Part shown: positions 1 through 8,195 of the stretch, piece after piece
How positions within the stretch are numbered: position 1 is the first letter of the stretch
Layout: the number at the start of each line of letters is the position of its first letter
Assembly: GCA_964626365.1 (NCBI GenBank)
Contig: CAZVDL010000005.1
Location: 3,075 to 67,074 of the forward strand
Direction: 5' to 3'
Origin: an uncultured Nitrososphaerota archaeon
GTDB lineage: Archaea; Thermoproteota; Methanomethylicia; Nezhaarchaeales; B40-G2
DNA: 64,000 nucleotides
Position numbers and translations under genes: made by a program
The notes under the pieces: model-generated
Seen by the model: the letters and a program-made list of their open reading frames with translations, nothing else
Told to the model about the DNA's origin: nothing
Database searches by the model: none

Positions 1-630
1 GCCGTACTCTGCTCTACCCCTCATGTCGTAGGGGTCGTAGCCAGTGGCTATCACGACGGCGTCCACGGCCAGCTCGACCTCCACAGGCTGCTCGTCCAGG
101 TTTATGGCGGCCTTAGGGCATGCGTCGCGGCAGACCGTACACGACTTGTCCTTCACGTATAGGCAGGCCTGCTCATCGATCACATAGGCTCTCGGGAAGG
201 CCTTGTCGAAGGGCGTGTACACGGCTTTACGCTTACTTAAGCCTAGGTCGAACTCGTTACTGACCTCTACGGGGCAAGCCTCTGAGCATTTACCGCAGGC
301 GTCGCATTTGCTCAGGTCTACGCGCCTAGCCCTCCTCAACACCTTAACCTTAAACCCTTTACCCTCTCTCTTAGCCTCTAGGACCTCTGAGCATGTTAAG
401 ACCTCCACGTTGGACGCCTTGGCTAGCGCGTCCATCCTAGCGGCCACCATGTCGAGCGCGGGGTCGAGCTTAGGGTAGAGCAGGCTTAGCTGGGCCGCCC
501 TCCCCCCTAAGCTAGGCTTAGACTCGACCAGGTAGACCTTGGCCCCCAGCGAGGCCGCGCCGAGCGCAGCCTCTATCCCAGCAATGCCTCCTCCAACCAC
601 GAGTATGGACGGGGCGTCGCGCCTCTCCAA
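1..630 (-). CDS. hdrA: Heterodisulfide reductase subunit A-like flavoprotein, N-terminal 210 codons (runs off the window edge)
   Basis: Translated by hand, not in the ORF track. TTG at 630, then MERRDAPSILVVGGGIAGIEAAL (FAD-binding), CDACGKCSEACP and CTVCRDACP ferredoxin motifs, NEFDLGLSKRKAVY and VVIATGYDPYD. Divergent from hdrCB. Confidence 0.9.
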   Translation of the reverse strand, partial: MERRDAPSILVVGGGIAGIEAALGAASLGAKVYLVESKPSLGGRAAQLSLLYPKLDPALDMVAARMDALAKASNVEVLTCSEVLEAKREGKGFKVKVLRRARRVDLSKCDACGKCSEACPVEVSNEFDLGLSKRKAVYTPFDKAFPRAYVIDEQACLYVKDKSCTVCRDACPKAAINLDEQPVEVELAVDAVVIATGYDPYDMRGRAEYG

Positions 631-710
631 ACTACATCCCCTTGGTAGAGGGCTCTACCAGGCGTAGCCTTTTTAAGCTTTAAGCGTTGTAGTGGGGCCG
701 GTGGCTTCCC

Positions 711-1241
711 TTGGCCTCCGTAGCCCTCCTAGACCTCATGACCAACAAGCCCTCGGAGCCGGAGGCCAAGAAGCGCTTCGCTGAGATTATAGGTTCACAG
801 GACCCAAACGCCTGCTTCGTGTGCGCGAGATGCACAACGGGCTGCGAGGCTATGGAGCTCCTCGAAAACTTCCCCCACCAGGTCGTCAATCTAGTGAGGC
901 TAGGGCTCATTGACGAGCTCATCAACAGCGAGAAGATATGGGCATGCATGCAGTGCCTGAAGTGCACAGAGCGCTGCCCCCAGAACGTAGCTCCCTCCGA
1001 CGTCTTCCTAGCCCTACGCAACCTGGCCGTCAAGGCTGGGGCTAAGGTGCCTGACGGCTTCTTTAAGGCCCTGGAGATGATAATGGAGACGGGATACCTA
1101 CAGCCGGTCCAGGAGGTAGTGTCTAGGACCTTTGAGACCTACAACCGGAAGTCCTTAAACCTACGCGAGAACATACCTCAGCCAGCTAACCTGGAGAAGT
1201 TTAAGGAGGCGTTTATGGCCACCATGGAGGGGATGTTCTAG
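711..1241 (+). CDS. hdrC: Heterodisulfide reductase subunit C
   Basis: CFVCARCTTGC and IWACMQCLKCTERCPQ 2x[4Fe-4S] motifs; its stop overlaps the hdrB start. Confidence 0.9.
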   Translation: MASVALLDLMTNKPSEPEAKKRFAEIIGSQDPNACFVCARCTTGCEAMELLENFPHQVVNLVRLGLIDELINSEKIWACMQCLKCTERCPQNVAPSDVFLALRNLAVKAGAKVPDGFFKALEMIMETGYLQPVQEVVSRTFETYNRKSLNLRENIPQPANLEKFKEAFMATMEGMF

Positions 1242-2119
1242 TGGTCCAGGCTAAGCTAACCCTGTATTTAGGATGTACCGTAGCCACCGACGAGTACGCC
1301 TACGAGTTATCCACCATAAACACCCTGCCGAAGCTAGGGGTCGAGCTAGAGTACTTAGAGGGGACTACGTGCTGTGGCTCCCCCTTAATGTCGGTGAACA
1401 TGAAAAGCTTCGTCTACCTAGCGCTCAGAAACGTGGCCTTAGCCGATCAGCAAGGCCTAGACATGTTGACGCTATGTCCAGGTTGCCATCTCTCCTTCTT
1501 CGAGGCTAGACACTACGCTGAGCATAGCCCTCAGCTAAAGGACGAGATCAACGCCCTCCTAAGCAACGAGGGACTTAAGTACGAGGGGAAGGTTAAGGTC
1601 AGGCACCTCGTCGACCTGCTTCACGATGTCGTAGGCCTCGACAAGATAAGATCGGCTGCGTCCAAGCCGTTGAAGGGACTTAGGTTAGCTACCCACATAG
1701 GCTGCCATGCCATTAGGCCTAGTAGGCTTGAGCGGATAGACGACCCCGAGAAGCCGGTAAAGCTCGACAGACTCGTGGAGGCCCTAGGAGCCGAGGTAGT
1801 TGACTACCCTGAGAAGCTTGACTGCTGTGGAGCAGGCTTCCTATTATCCAACCCCCAGGCAGGGTTGACGGTGGCTGGAGTTAAGATTAAGGCGCTGCAG
1901 GCCAGAGGCGTCGATGGGTTGGTTGTGGCGTGCCCTCTATGCCATAAAATGCTAGGGCAGAAGCAGCAGTCGGCTAGCCAAGTTGTAGGCGCGGAGCTGA
2001 ATCTGCCGGTGATCTACTATACGCAGCTGCTAGGCTTAGCTATGGGGGAGAGCGAGGATAAACTTGGATTGATGTTAAACCAGAGCCCCGTAGACTCGCT
2101 GCTTGAGAAGCTCAAGTAG
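1241..2119 (+). CDS. hdrB: Heterodisulfide reductase subunit B (CCG domains)
   Basis: Two CCG domains: YLGC..TCCG..CPGC and GCH..DCCG..CPLC. Confidence 0.92.
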   Translation: MVQAKLTLYLGCTVATDEYAYELSTINTLPKLGVELEYLEGTTCCGSPLMSVNMKSFVYLALRNVALADQQGLDMLTLCPGCHLSFFEARHYAEHSPQLKDEINALLSNEGLKYEGKVKVRHLVDLLHDVVGLDKIRSAASKPLKGLRLATHIGCHAIRPSRLERIDDPEKPVKLDRLVEALGAEVVDYPEKLDCCGAGFLLSNPQAGLTVAGVKIKALQARGVDGLVVACPLCHKMLGQKQQSASQVVGAELNLPVIYYTQLLGLAMGESEDKLGLMLNQSPVDSLLEKLK

Positions 2120-2513
2120 CCTTCATCCTCTCCTCTTTAAGCCACCTATAGATGGTCTTCAGGGGTACCTTAACCTCCGACGCTATTTCCTTAACCGTCA
2201 AACCCCTCCTACTAAGCTCCACGACTCTTCCCTTAAGCGTCCTCCTCTCAGCTTTATGGTAACGGGCCCTCTCCTCAAACATCAACCTCTCCTTGAACCC
2301 TAAGAACTCCACGGCAAACATGAAAGCCTCGAGGGCCTCACTCCTACGTGAAAGATACCCCTTGATGCGCACCCTATAGCCTTCATCGAAGAACTCCTTA
2401 ACCTCGCTCAAAGCCTCCTTGACCTGCTCAAAGGTAACTGTAGCTCCCTCGAAGTAGAGCTCTACTTCCTTCTCCTCGTCCCGCCTATTCACTCTGTACA
2501 GCGCCCTAGCCAT
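2112..2513 (-). CDS. Protein with a C-terminal helix-turn-helix, putative regulator
   Basis: C-terminal GLTVKEIASEVKVPLKTIYRWL HTH; strong AAGGAGG RBS and TTTATAA box upstream. Confidence 0.8.
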   Translation of the reverse strand: MARALYRVNRRDEEKEVELYFEGATVTFEQVKEALSEVKEFFDEGYRVRIKGYLSRRSEALEAFMFAVEFLGFKERLMFEERARYHKAERRTLKGRVVELSRRGLTVKEIASEVKVPLKTIYRWLKEERMKAT

Positions 2514-2543
2514 AGCTCTTCCTCCTTATTCAAGGGCCGAGGC

Positions 2544-2633
2544 TTATAAACTTTCTCACTTTAACATCAATCCTTAAAACGAGAAAAATTTATAAACCCC
2601 TCTTCTCACTTCTATAAGCAGAGAAACTGAGAA
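2544..2633. promoter_or_regulatory. Divergent promoter with two TATA boxes and five GAGAA/TTCTC motifs (putative operator array)
   Basis: TTATAAAC at 2544-2551 and 2590-2597; TTCTCACTT at 2553-2561 and 2603-2611; GAGAA at 2581, 2621 and 2629. Confidence 0.6.
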
Positions 2634-2649
2634 CATGGAGGTGGTGGAC

Positions 2650-2727
2650 GTGATCTTGGCGCGCGCCGTGATCATGGGAGGGTTGATGGTTAAAATCACC
2701 GATAGAGGCCCTCCGATAGAAACCTAA
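2650..2727 (+). CDS. Small peptide (25 aa from GTG 2650, 30 aa from ATG 2635) ending ...KITDRGPPIET
   Basis: BRE/TATA-like GAGAAAAATTTATAAA at 2581-2596, SD GGAGGTG at 2637-2643, open frame to TAA 2725-2727, T-tract shortly after. Confidence 0.6.
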   Translation: MILARAVIMGGLMVKITDRGPPIET

Positions 2728-2760
2728 ACCCCCCGAGCGCTTTTTCCCTAGGTGCTACGT

Positions 2761-3060
2761 ATGGTTGTCGTGGCTGAATTGACGGTTACGCCTCTAGGCT
2801 CAGGTGTAAGCGTTAGCTCCCTGGTGGCCGAGGCCGTTAAGGTGCTTAAAGAAGCTGGGGTTAAATACGAGGTGACTCCCATGTGCACAGTCTTCGAGGC
2901 CCCGACGGCTGAGGAGGCCTTTAAGCTAGCTTTAAAGGCCCACGAGGCGGTATTTAAGGCTGGAGCCGTGAGGGTGTTAACATCGATCAAAATAGACGAG
3001 CGTAGAGACGTCGAGCACTCAATGAAGAGAAAGATCGAGAGTTTAAGGTCTAAGCTCTAG
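2761..3060 (+). CDS. MTH1187/YkoF family thiamine-binding protein
   Basis: AELTVTPLG..SVS, YEVTPMCTVFEA, AHEAV..GAVRVLTSIKIDERRD family pattern. Confidence 0.85.
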   Translation: MVVVAELTVTPLGSGVSVSSLVAEAVKVLKEAGVKYEVTPMCTVFEAPTAEEAFKLALKAHEAVFKAGAVRVLTSIKIDERRDVEHSMKRKIESLRSKL

Positions 3061-3781
3061 GCGTTATGGCCACGGCCGCCTCGATGGCTAAGCCTGAAGA
3101 CGCCTCTTGGGGACTTAACGCCGCCAGCCTCCCTTTGATATTGACGCCCTCCAGCTGCTTTGAGGCCAAAAGCCTCGCTAGGTCCACGTAGTAAAGGAAA
3201 CTCCAGGGCTTCTCATCTCCCTTAGCTAACCTCCAATACCTGGCCTTATCTCGGCTCACCCTCTTACGGCGCTCCTCAATGAAGAGGTTGAGGTCTACGT
3301 CCCTCCATAGCTCCTCGGCGTGCTCAGTGCTCCATCTATATAGGTCTAACACCGTGTAGTCAGCGATCCTTAGATGGAGCTTCCACCCTTTTAAGTCGAG
3401 TTTAGCTCTAGATTCGACGGTGTCGACGGCTATCTTGGCTAGCTGCTGCTTCACCCCGTCGCCTATAGCTAGGATGGGGGAGACGTAGGCTGAGGCTAAG
3501 ATTACGCCTTCAACAACCCTCTCCTCTACTCCTAATAGCTCAGTGCATAGCTCCTTGAGCTTCTCCAAGGACTTAGTGGGGTAGACGAGCTCCACGAATG
3601 GCTTACCCTCCATCTTACCCTTAAAGAAGTCTCCAGCCCCTCTAAGCATGGTTGGCGGCACGCCGAGGTTCCTGTACTTAAACCTGTCCTTAAGCCACTT
3701 AACCCCCTCCTCGCCCTCCTCAGGGTCTATGAGGACCACGCCTCTAAGGTTCTTGACTAGGGAGGCGTACCTAGAAAACAA
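3050..3781 (-). CDS. Hypothetical protein
   Basis: 243-aa ORF with genome-typical codon usage, following the DUF1284-like gene on the same strand. Confidence 0.75.
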   Translation of the reverse strand: MFSRYASLVKNLRGVVLIDPEEGEEGVKWLKDRFKYRNLGVPPTMLRGAGDFFKGKMEGKPFVELVYPTKSLEKLKELCTELLGVEERVVEGVILASAYVSPILAIGDGVKQQLAKIAVDTVESRAKLDLKGWKLHLRIADYTVLDLYRWSTEHAEELWRDVDLNLFIEERRKRVSRDKARYWRLAKGDEKPWSFLYYVDLARLLASKQLEGVNIKGRLAALSPQEASSGLAIEAAVAITPRA

Positions 3782-3795
3782 GGGGTGTTAACCTC

Positions 3796-4170
3796 TCAGG
3801 CGCCGAAGCAGCTTTTGTTCCACTCACACTCTGAACAGTACTTTGACCTCCACTCGCCGATCACGTTGGAGACCTTCTCCTTGACATAGCTCCACGTAGT
3901 CACCGCGCCCTTCTCTAGGCCCAGCAGCTTCAGGGCGTCCCGGTCCATAGCCTTAATCTCCTCCTCAGCGCCCTCGCTGTAAGCGCACTCGTCTCCTCTA
4001 AGGTAGGGGCAGGCGCTACATACCTCGTCGGCGTCGTCGACGACTATAATAGGCTCGCCACTCTCAAGCCTAGACAGTACATGTCTAGCCTTGGAGGCGA
4101 AGGCCTCACCTAGGGCCTCAGGCTTAAAGAAGTGTAAACATATCAGGTGGTGCCCTCTCAGCCTAGCCAA
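3796..4170 (-). CDS. DUF1284-like Cys/His-rich putative Fe-S protein
   Basis: LRGHHLICL, DEVCSACP, CSECEW..C. Confidence 0.8.
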   Translation of the reverse strand: MARLRGHHLICLHFFKPEALGEAFASKARHVLSRLESGEPIIVVDDADEVCSACPYLRGDECAYSEGAEEEIKAMDRDALKLLGLEKGAVTTWSYVKEKVSNVIGEWRSKYCSECEWNKSCFGA

Positions 4171-4276
4171 GCCTCACACCCATAGGTCGATAGCTGTGAG
4201 GGGGCTATTAAACCAGCGGCATCGAGATTTAATAGGCTAAAAGAGGCTTTAATTAGCCGCTGTTGAAGGTGGGACG

Positions 4277-5062
4277 ATGAGGGCCGACGTCGACGAGGCG
4301 CTGATAACGAGGATTATAGTTGAGGACTCGCTTAGACACTTATCCAGCCTAACAGAGCTCGACGTAGCGGTGGTTGGAGCGGGGCCCGCTGGCTTAACGG
4401 TTGCCCGCCTCCTAGCTAAGCGGGGCTTTAAGACCGCGGTTTTCGAGCGTAGGCTATCCTTCGGCGGGGGGATGGGAGGCGGAGGTATGCAGCTGCCTAG
4501 GATAGTCGTAGAGGAGGAGGCCGCGGCTCTCTTGGCTGAGCTGGGGTGCAGGTTATCGAGGGCCTCTAACGGCCTCTATGTAGCTGACGCCGCTGAGGCG
4601 CTAGCTAGGCTAGCGGCTGGGGCTGTTGAGGCTGGAGCCAACATACTGCTGGGCGTCTCGGTCGAGGATGTCGTCTACAGGGGGGCGCCGCCGAGGATAG
4701 TGGGCGTAGTGATCCAGTGGTCCTCGGTGCAGCTCTCAGGGCTCCACGTAGACCCCCTAGCTTTCAAGGCTAGGGCCACGGTCGACTGCACGGGCCACGA
4801 GGCCTCAGTAATCGCCGTGGCCTCTAGGAAGGTGCCTGGGCTAGGCGTACAGCTCAAAGGAGAGGGGGCTATGTGGGCCGGGGAGGGCGAGCGCCTCGTA
4901 GTTGAACGTAGCGGACGTGTATGCCCAGGCCTTTACGCCGCCGGCATGTCGGTGGCCGCGCTCTATGGTCTTCCGAGGATGGGCCCTATATTTGGGGGCA
5001 TGCTCCTCTCAGGTAGGAAGGCGGCCGAGGAGGTGGCTAGGGACCTAGCTGAGGGCGGTTAA
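4277..5062 (+). CDS. thi4: Thiazole synthase Thi4, sulfide-dependent (His) type
   Basis: VGAGPAGL, GGGMGGGG, LHVDPL (His where suicide-type enzymes have Cys), DCTGHEA, RMGPIFGGMLLSG. Confidence 0.93.
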   Translation: MRADVDEALITRIIVEDSLRHLSSLTELDVAVVGAGPAGLTVARLLAKRGFKTAVFERRLSFGGGMGGGGMQLPRIVVEEEAAALLAELGCRLSRASNGLYVADAAEALARLAAGAVEAGANILLGVSVEDVVYRGAPPRIVGVVIQWSSVQLSGLHVDPLAFKARATVDCTGHEASVIAVASRKVPGLGVQLKGEGAMWAGEGERLVVERSGRVCPGLYAAGMSVAALYGLPRMGPIFGGMLLSGRKAAEEVARDLAEGG

Positions 5063-7150
5063 ATGAGGGTGGTCAGGTCAGTATGCAGGATGTGTCACGG
5101 TGGCTGTGGGGCTCTCATATACGTGGAGGACGGCAGGGCGGTTAGGGTCGAGGGCGACCCCCAACATCCAGTTAGTAGGGGCTACATGTGCGCTAAGGGC
5201 TTAGCCTCCATCCAGCTAGCCTACCACCCTGATAGGCTTCGCTACCCGTTGAAGAGAGCTGGGGATAGGGGTGGAGGCAGCTGGGTTAGGGTCTCGTGGA
5301 ATGAGGCGCTGAGCGACATAGCTAAGAGGCTCTTGGAGATAAAGGAGCGCTACGGCGCTGAGGCGGTGGTCTTTGCCCACGGCACCAACAGGGAGTACCT
5401 ACACATGGTCTATAGGCTAGCCCACGCTTTCGGATCACCTAACGTGACCTCCCCAGGCTATGTCTGCTACTACCCTAGGGTAGCGGCCTCCATCCTGACC
5501 TGCGGCGGGCTACCCATAGCCGACTACGACGGCGAGCCGAAGTGCATAATGGTGTGGGGGTGCAACCCTCTCCACACAAGCCCAGACGAGTACTGCGCCG
5601 CTCAGCTATGCAGAGCGCTGGAACGCGGCCCCAAGTTAATAGTGGTCGACCCTAGACCCACGTGGCTAGCGTCTAGAGCTGACGTATGGCTTAGGATAAG
5701 GCCTGGCAGCGACGTGGCCTTAGCCCTAGGCCTCCTCAACGTCATAATCGAGGAGGGTCTCTATGATAGGGGTTTTGTTGAGCGGTGGACTGTGGGCTTC
5801 GATAAGCTGGCTAGCCACGTAAAGAAGTACACGCCTGAGAAGGTTGAGGGGTTGACTTGGGTTTCGGCTGGTTTGATTAGGGAGGCTGCTAGGCTTTATG
5901 CGTTGTCTAAGCCTGCCTGCATCCAATGGGGGGTTAAGATAGAGCAGAACGTGAACTGCACTAGCTGTATTAGGGCGCTAGTCGCGCTAATGGCTATAAC
6001 CGGGAACCTGGACGTCCCTGGAGGCAACGTCTTATGCTCGCCTCCTCCCGTAACCAGGTTCACCGAGTTCATGTTGACTAGCGCCTTGAGCGAGGAGCAG
6101 CGGCGTAAGAGGTTGGGAGGAGAACATAAGCTGTCCTCGATGGGCTCGGTCGTACCGCCTATGCACGTGGTTAAGGCCATACTTGAAGGAGACCCATACC
6201 CGGTTAAAGCCATGGTGGTGTTCGGCAGTAACCCCCTACTAACCTGGCCTAACTCCAAGCTGGTCAAGGAGGCCTTAATGAAGCTGGACTTCTTGGTGGT
6301 TGTGGACTTGTTTATGACTCCTACGGCTGAGTTGGCTGATTATGTGCTTCCTGCTGCCACCTGGCTGGAAATAGACGACGTGGCCTTCTACTTCTACAGG
6401 GCGGGCTACGTGATGGCCAGGCGTAAGGCCATAGAGGTAGACGAGTGTTGGCCAGACCACAAGATAATCATAGAGTTAGCTAAGAGGCTAGGCCTACGCG
6501 AGTGCTTCTGGGAGGACGTGGAGGAGTACTTGAACTACGTCTTAAAGCCTTCAGGCTTAACTTGGCGTGAGTTCGCTGAGCGAGGATGGCTTGAAGCTCC
6601 CAAGCGCTACCGTAAATACGAGGAGGAGGGCTTTAGGACGCTCTCAGGTAAAGTCGAGCTCTACTCTGAGACCTTAGAGAGGATGGGTTATAGCCCTCTG
6701 CCAGACTACGTGGAGCCTCCTGAGACCCCGCTAAGTAACCCTAAGCTAGCTGAGGAGTACCCCTTCATCCTAACCACCGGCCATAGAAGCCCCGCGTACT
6801 TCCATAGCGAGTACCGCCAGCTTCCCTGGCTTAGATCCATTCAACCGGACCCCATAGTCGAGCTGAGCCCTGAAGCAGCTAAGGAAATAGGGGTTGAGGA
6901 TGGGGACTGGGTGTGGATTGAGACGCCTAGGGGTAGAGTTAAACAGAGGGTTAAGGTGGTCCCTGGGATGCACCCTAAGGTGGTTAGTGCCCAGCACGGC
7001 TGGTGGTTCCCTGAGAAGCCTGGGCCTGAGCATGGCTGCTTCGAGTCCAACATCAACGTGGTGACTAGTAGCGAACCCCCCTACGATCCCTGCTTTGGGG
7101 CTGTAACCTTCAACGCCTTGCTATGCAGGGTGTATAAGGCGGAGGGGTGA
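5063..7150 (+). CDS. Mo/W-bisPGD oxidoreductase catalytic subunit, acetylene-hydratase-like, cytoplasmic
   Basis: CRMCHGGC..CAKG [4Fe-4S] motif, probable Cys ligand PGYVCYYP, VVDPR, DLFMTPTAELADYVLPAA, SGKVELYS; no Tat signal. Confidence 0.88.
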   Translation: MRVVRSVCRMCHGGCGALIYVEDGRAVRVEGDPQHPVSRGYMCAKGLASIQLAYHPDRLRYPLKRAGDRGGGSWVRVSWNEALSDIAKRLLEIKERYGAEAVVFAHGTNREYLHMVYRLAHAFGSPNVTSPGYVCYYPRVAASILTCGGLPIADYDGEPKCIMVWGCNPLHTSPDEYCAAQLCRALERGPKLIVVDPRPTWLASRADVWLRIRPGSDVALALGLLNVIIEEGLYDRGFVERWTVGFDKLASHVKKYTPEKVEGLTWVSAGLIREAARLYALSKPACIQWGVKIEQNVNCTSCIRALVALMAITGNLDVPGGNVLCSPPPVTRFTEFMLTSALSEEQRRKRLGGEHKLSSMGSVVPPMHVVKAILEGDPYPVKAMVVFGSNPLLTWPNSKLVKEALMKLDFLVVVDLFMTPTAELADYVLPAATWLEIDDVAFYFYRAGYVMARRKAIEVDECWPDHKIIIELAKRLGLRECFWEDVEEYLNYVLKPSGLTWREFAERGWLEAPKRYRKYEEEGFRTLSGKVELYSETLERMGYSPLPDYVEPPETPLSNPKLAEEYPFILTTGHRSPAYFHSEYRQLPWLRSIQPDPIVELSPEAAKEIGVEDGDWVWIETPRGRVKQRVKVVPGMHPKVVSAQHGWWFPEKPGPEHGCFESNINVVTSSEPPYDPCFGAVTFNALLCRVYKAEG
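5741..5806 (+). repeat. Tract A, copy 1 (59 nt identical, 65/66 overall, to 33619-33684)
   Basis: gtcataatcgaggagggtctctatgataggggttttgttgagcggtggactgtgggctt is present in both Mo/W enzyme genes. Confidence 0.9.
6632..6677 (+). repeat. Tract B, copy 1 (45/46 identical to 34534-34579)
   Basis: tttaggacgc(t/c)ctcaggtaaagtcgagctctactctgagaccttag. Confidence 0.9.
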
Positions 7151-7641
7151 ATGTGGTTAAGCTAACCCTCCTCATTGACCCCTCCAAGTGTATAGGCTGC
7201 TACGCCTGCGAAGTCGCCTGTAAGCAGGAGCATGGGTTAAGTGGGTGGGCTGAGCCCTTCATCAAGGTGAAGGAAGTTAGGCGGCTGCATGGAACCTATG
7301 TAAGCTACGTCCCGGTGGTGTGTAGACATTGCGGGCGCCCTCCATGCATCGAAGTGTGTCCCACCGGCGCCCTTGAGAAGACGAAGGAGGGCGCGGTCCT
7401 TCTCGACGTCGAGAAGTGTATTGGCTGTGGTGCATGTATACCTGTATGTCCGTTCAAGGCCCTAGTCTTCGACCCTGAGGAGGGCGTTGTTAAGAAATGC
7501 GATCTTTGCGTTGAGAGGGTTAAGGAGGGCTTAGAGCCCAGCTGCGTAGCTCACTGCCCGTCGAGCGCGCTGGTCTTTGGGGAAACCTCCTCGCTAATCG
7601 ACGAGCTAAGATCCAAGTCTGCTGGCCAGCTGGCCAAGTAG
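7147..7641 (+). CDS. 4x[4Fe-4S] electron-transfer subunit (DmsB/NrfC-like)
   Basis: CIGCYACEVACK, CRHCGRPPCIEVCP, CIGCGACIPVCP, KCDLC..PSCVAHCP; GTGA overlap with the Mo enzyme gene. Confidence 0.9.
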   Translation: MNVVKLTLLIDPSKCIGCYACEVACKQEHGLSGWAEPFIKVKEVRRLHGTYVSYVPVVCRHCGRPPCIEVCPTGALEKTKEGAVLLDVEKCIGCGACIPVCPFKALVFDPEEGVVKKCDLCVERVKEGLEPSCVAHCPSSALVFGETSSLIDELRSKSAGQLAK

Positions 7642-7706
7642 TGTTCCAATTACTCGTACACCTAAACAGTGAACTGCCAGCGTGCCCTCTGAGCTAGGGG
7701 GTCCCT

Positions 7707-8177
7707 GTGAGGACGTCGGCCTTAATGCTCGTCTTGCTGCTGCTGTTTAGCCTACAGCTTGCGTACGCCGATAAACTCTATGTACGCATCACGCAGCCAG
7801 CTAATGAGCTATGCATAGAGGTGTCTAATGCCTCGTGCGTGGTGGCTAAGGCCACACTAGACGGTAGGGTCTCTGCCGTGGTCTTTGAGCTACCGCCCGG
7901 GCGCTACTTAGTTAAGGTCTCGGCCTCGGGGCGCATTGTTGATGCCAGGGAGGTTGAGTTGCCCGGCGAGTCGTCGCTGGAGTTCGATGTAGCTAAGCAC
8001 GCGGCTCCCTCGGGTACTGTGAGGGAGTTTAGCTCGTCAGGCCTGAAGCAGCTAGGCGGCGTTGAGGGGGCGGTGCCCTCAGCTCTAGGGGCCGTTAACG
8101 CTCTGTTGTTGCTAGCCGCGTCGGCTATGCTGGCCGCGGTGTTATCTTTAACAGTCAAGCTGCTCAAGAAGCTTTAG
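7707..8177 (+). CDS. Secreted, C-terminally membrane-anchored hypothetical protein
   Basis: N-terminal signal-like segment, beta-rich middle (ELPPGRYLVKV), C-terminal hydrophobic helix with basic tail. Confidence 0.7.
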   Translation: MRTSALMLVLLLLFSLQLAYADKLYVRITQPANELCIEVSNASCVVAKATLDGRVSAVVFELPPGRYLVKVSASGRIVDAREVELPGESSLEFDVAKHAAPSGTVREFSSSGLKQLGGVEGAVPSALGAVNALLLLAASAMLAAVLSLTVKLLKKL

Positions 8178-8195
8178 CGCCGGCAGGGGTCGATC

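Noticed and set aside
1..2119. Selenocysteine or pyrrolysine recoding in hdr or Mo-enzyme genes
   Set aside because: All Cys motifs read through with TGC/TGT, and no in-frame TGA/TAG interrupts a recognisable domain.
4171..4276. TPP riboswitch or operator upstream of thi4
   Set aside because: No CUGAGA core. The inverted repeat CTATTAAA/TTTAATAG is explained by back-to-back TATA boxes of divergent genes.
5063..7150. True acetylene hydratase or formate dehydrogenase (also applies to 32938-34998)
   Set aside because: The catalytic Asp of acetylene hydratase is absent, and the Cys ligand is followed by Tyr rather than the His of FDH.
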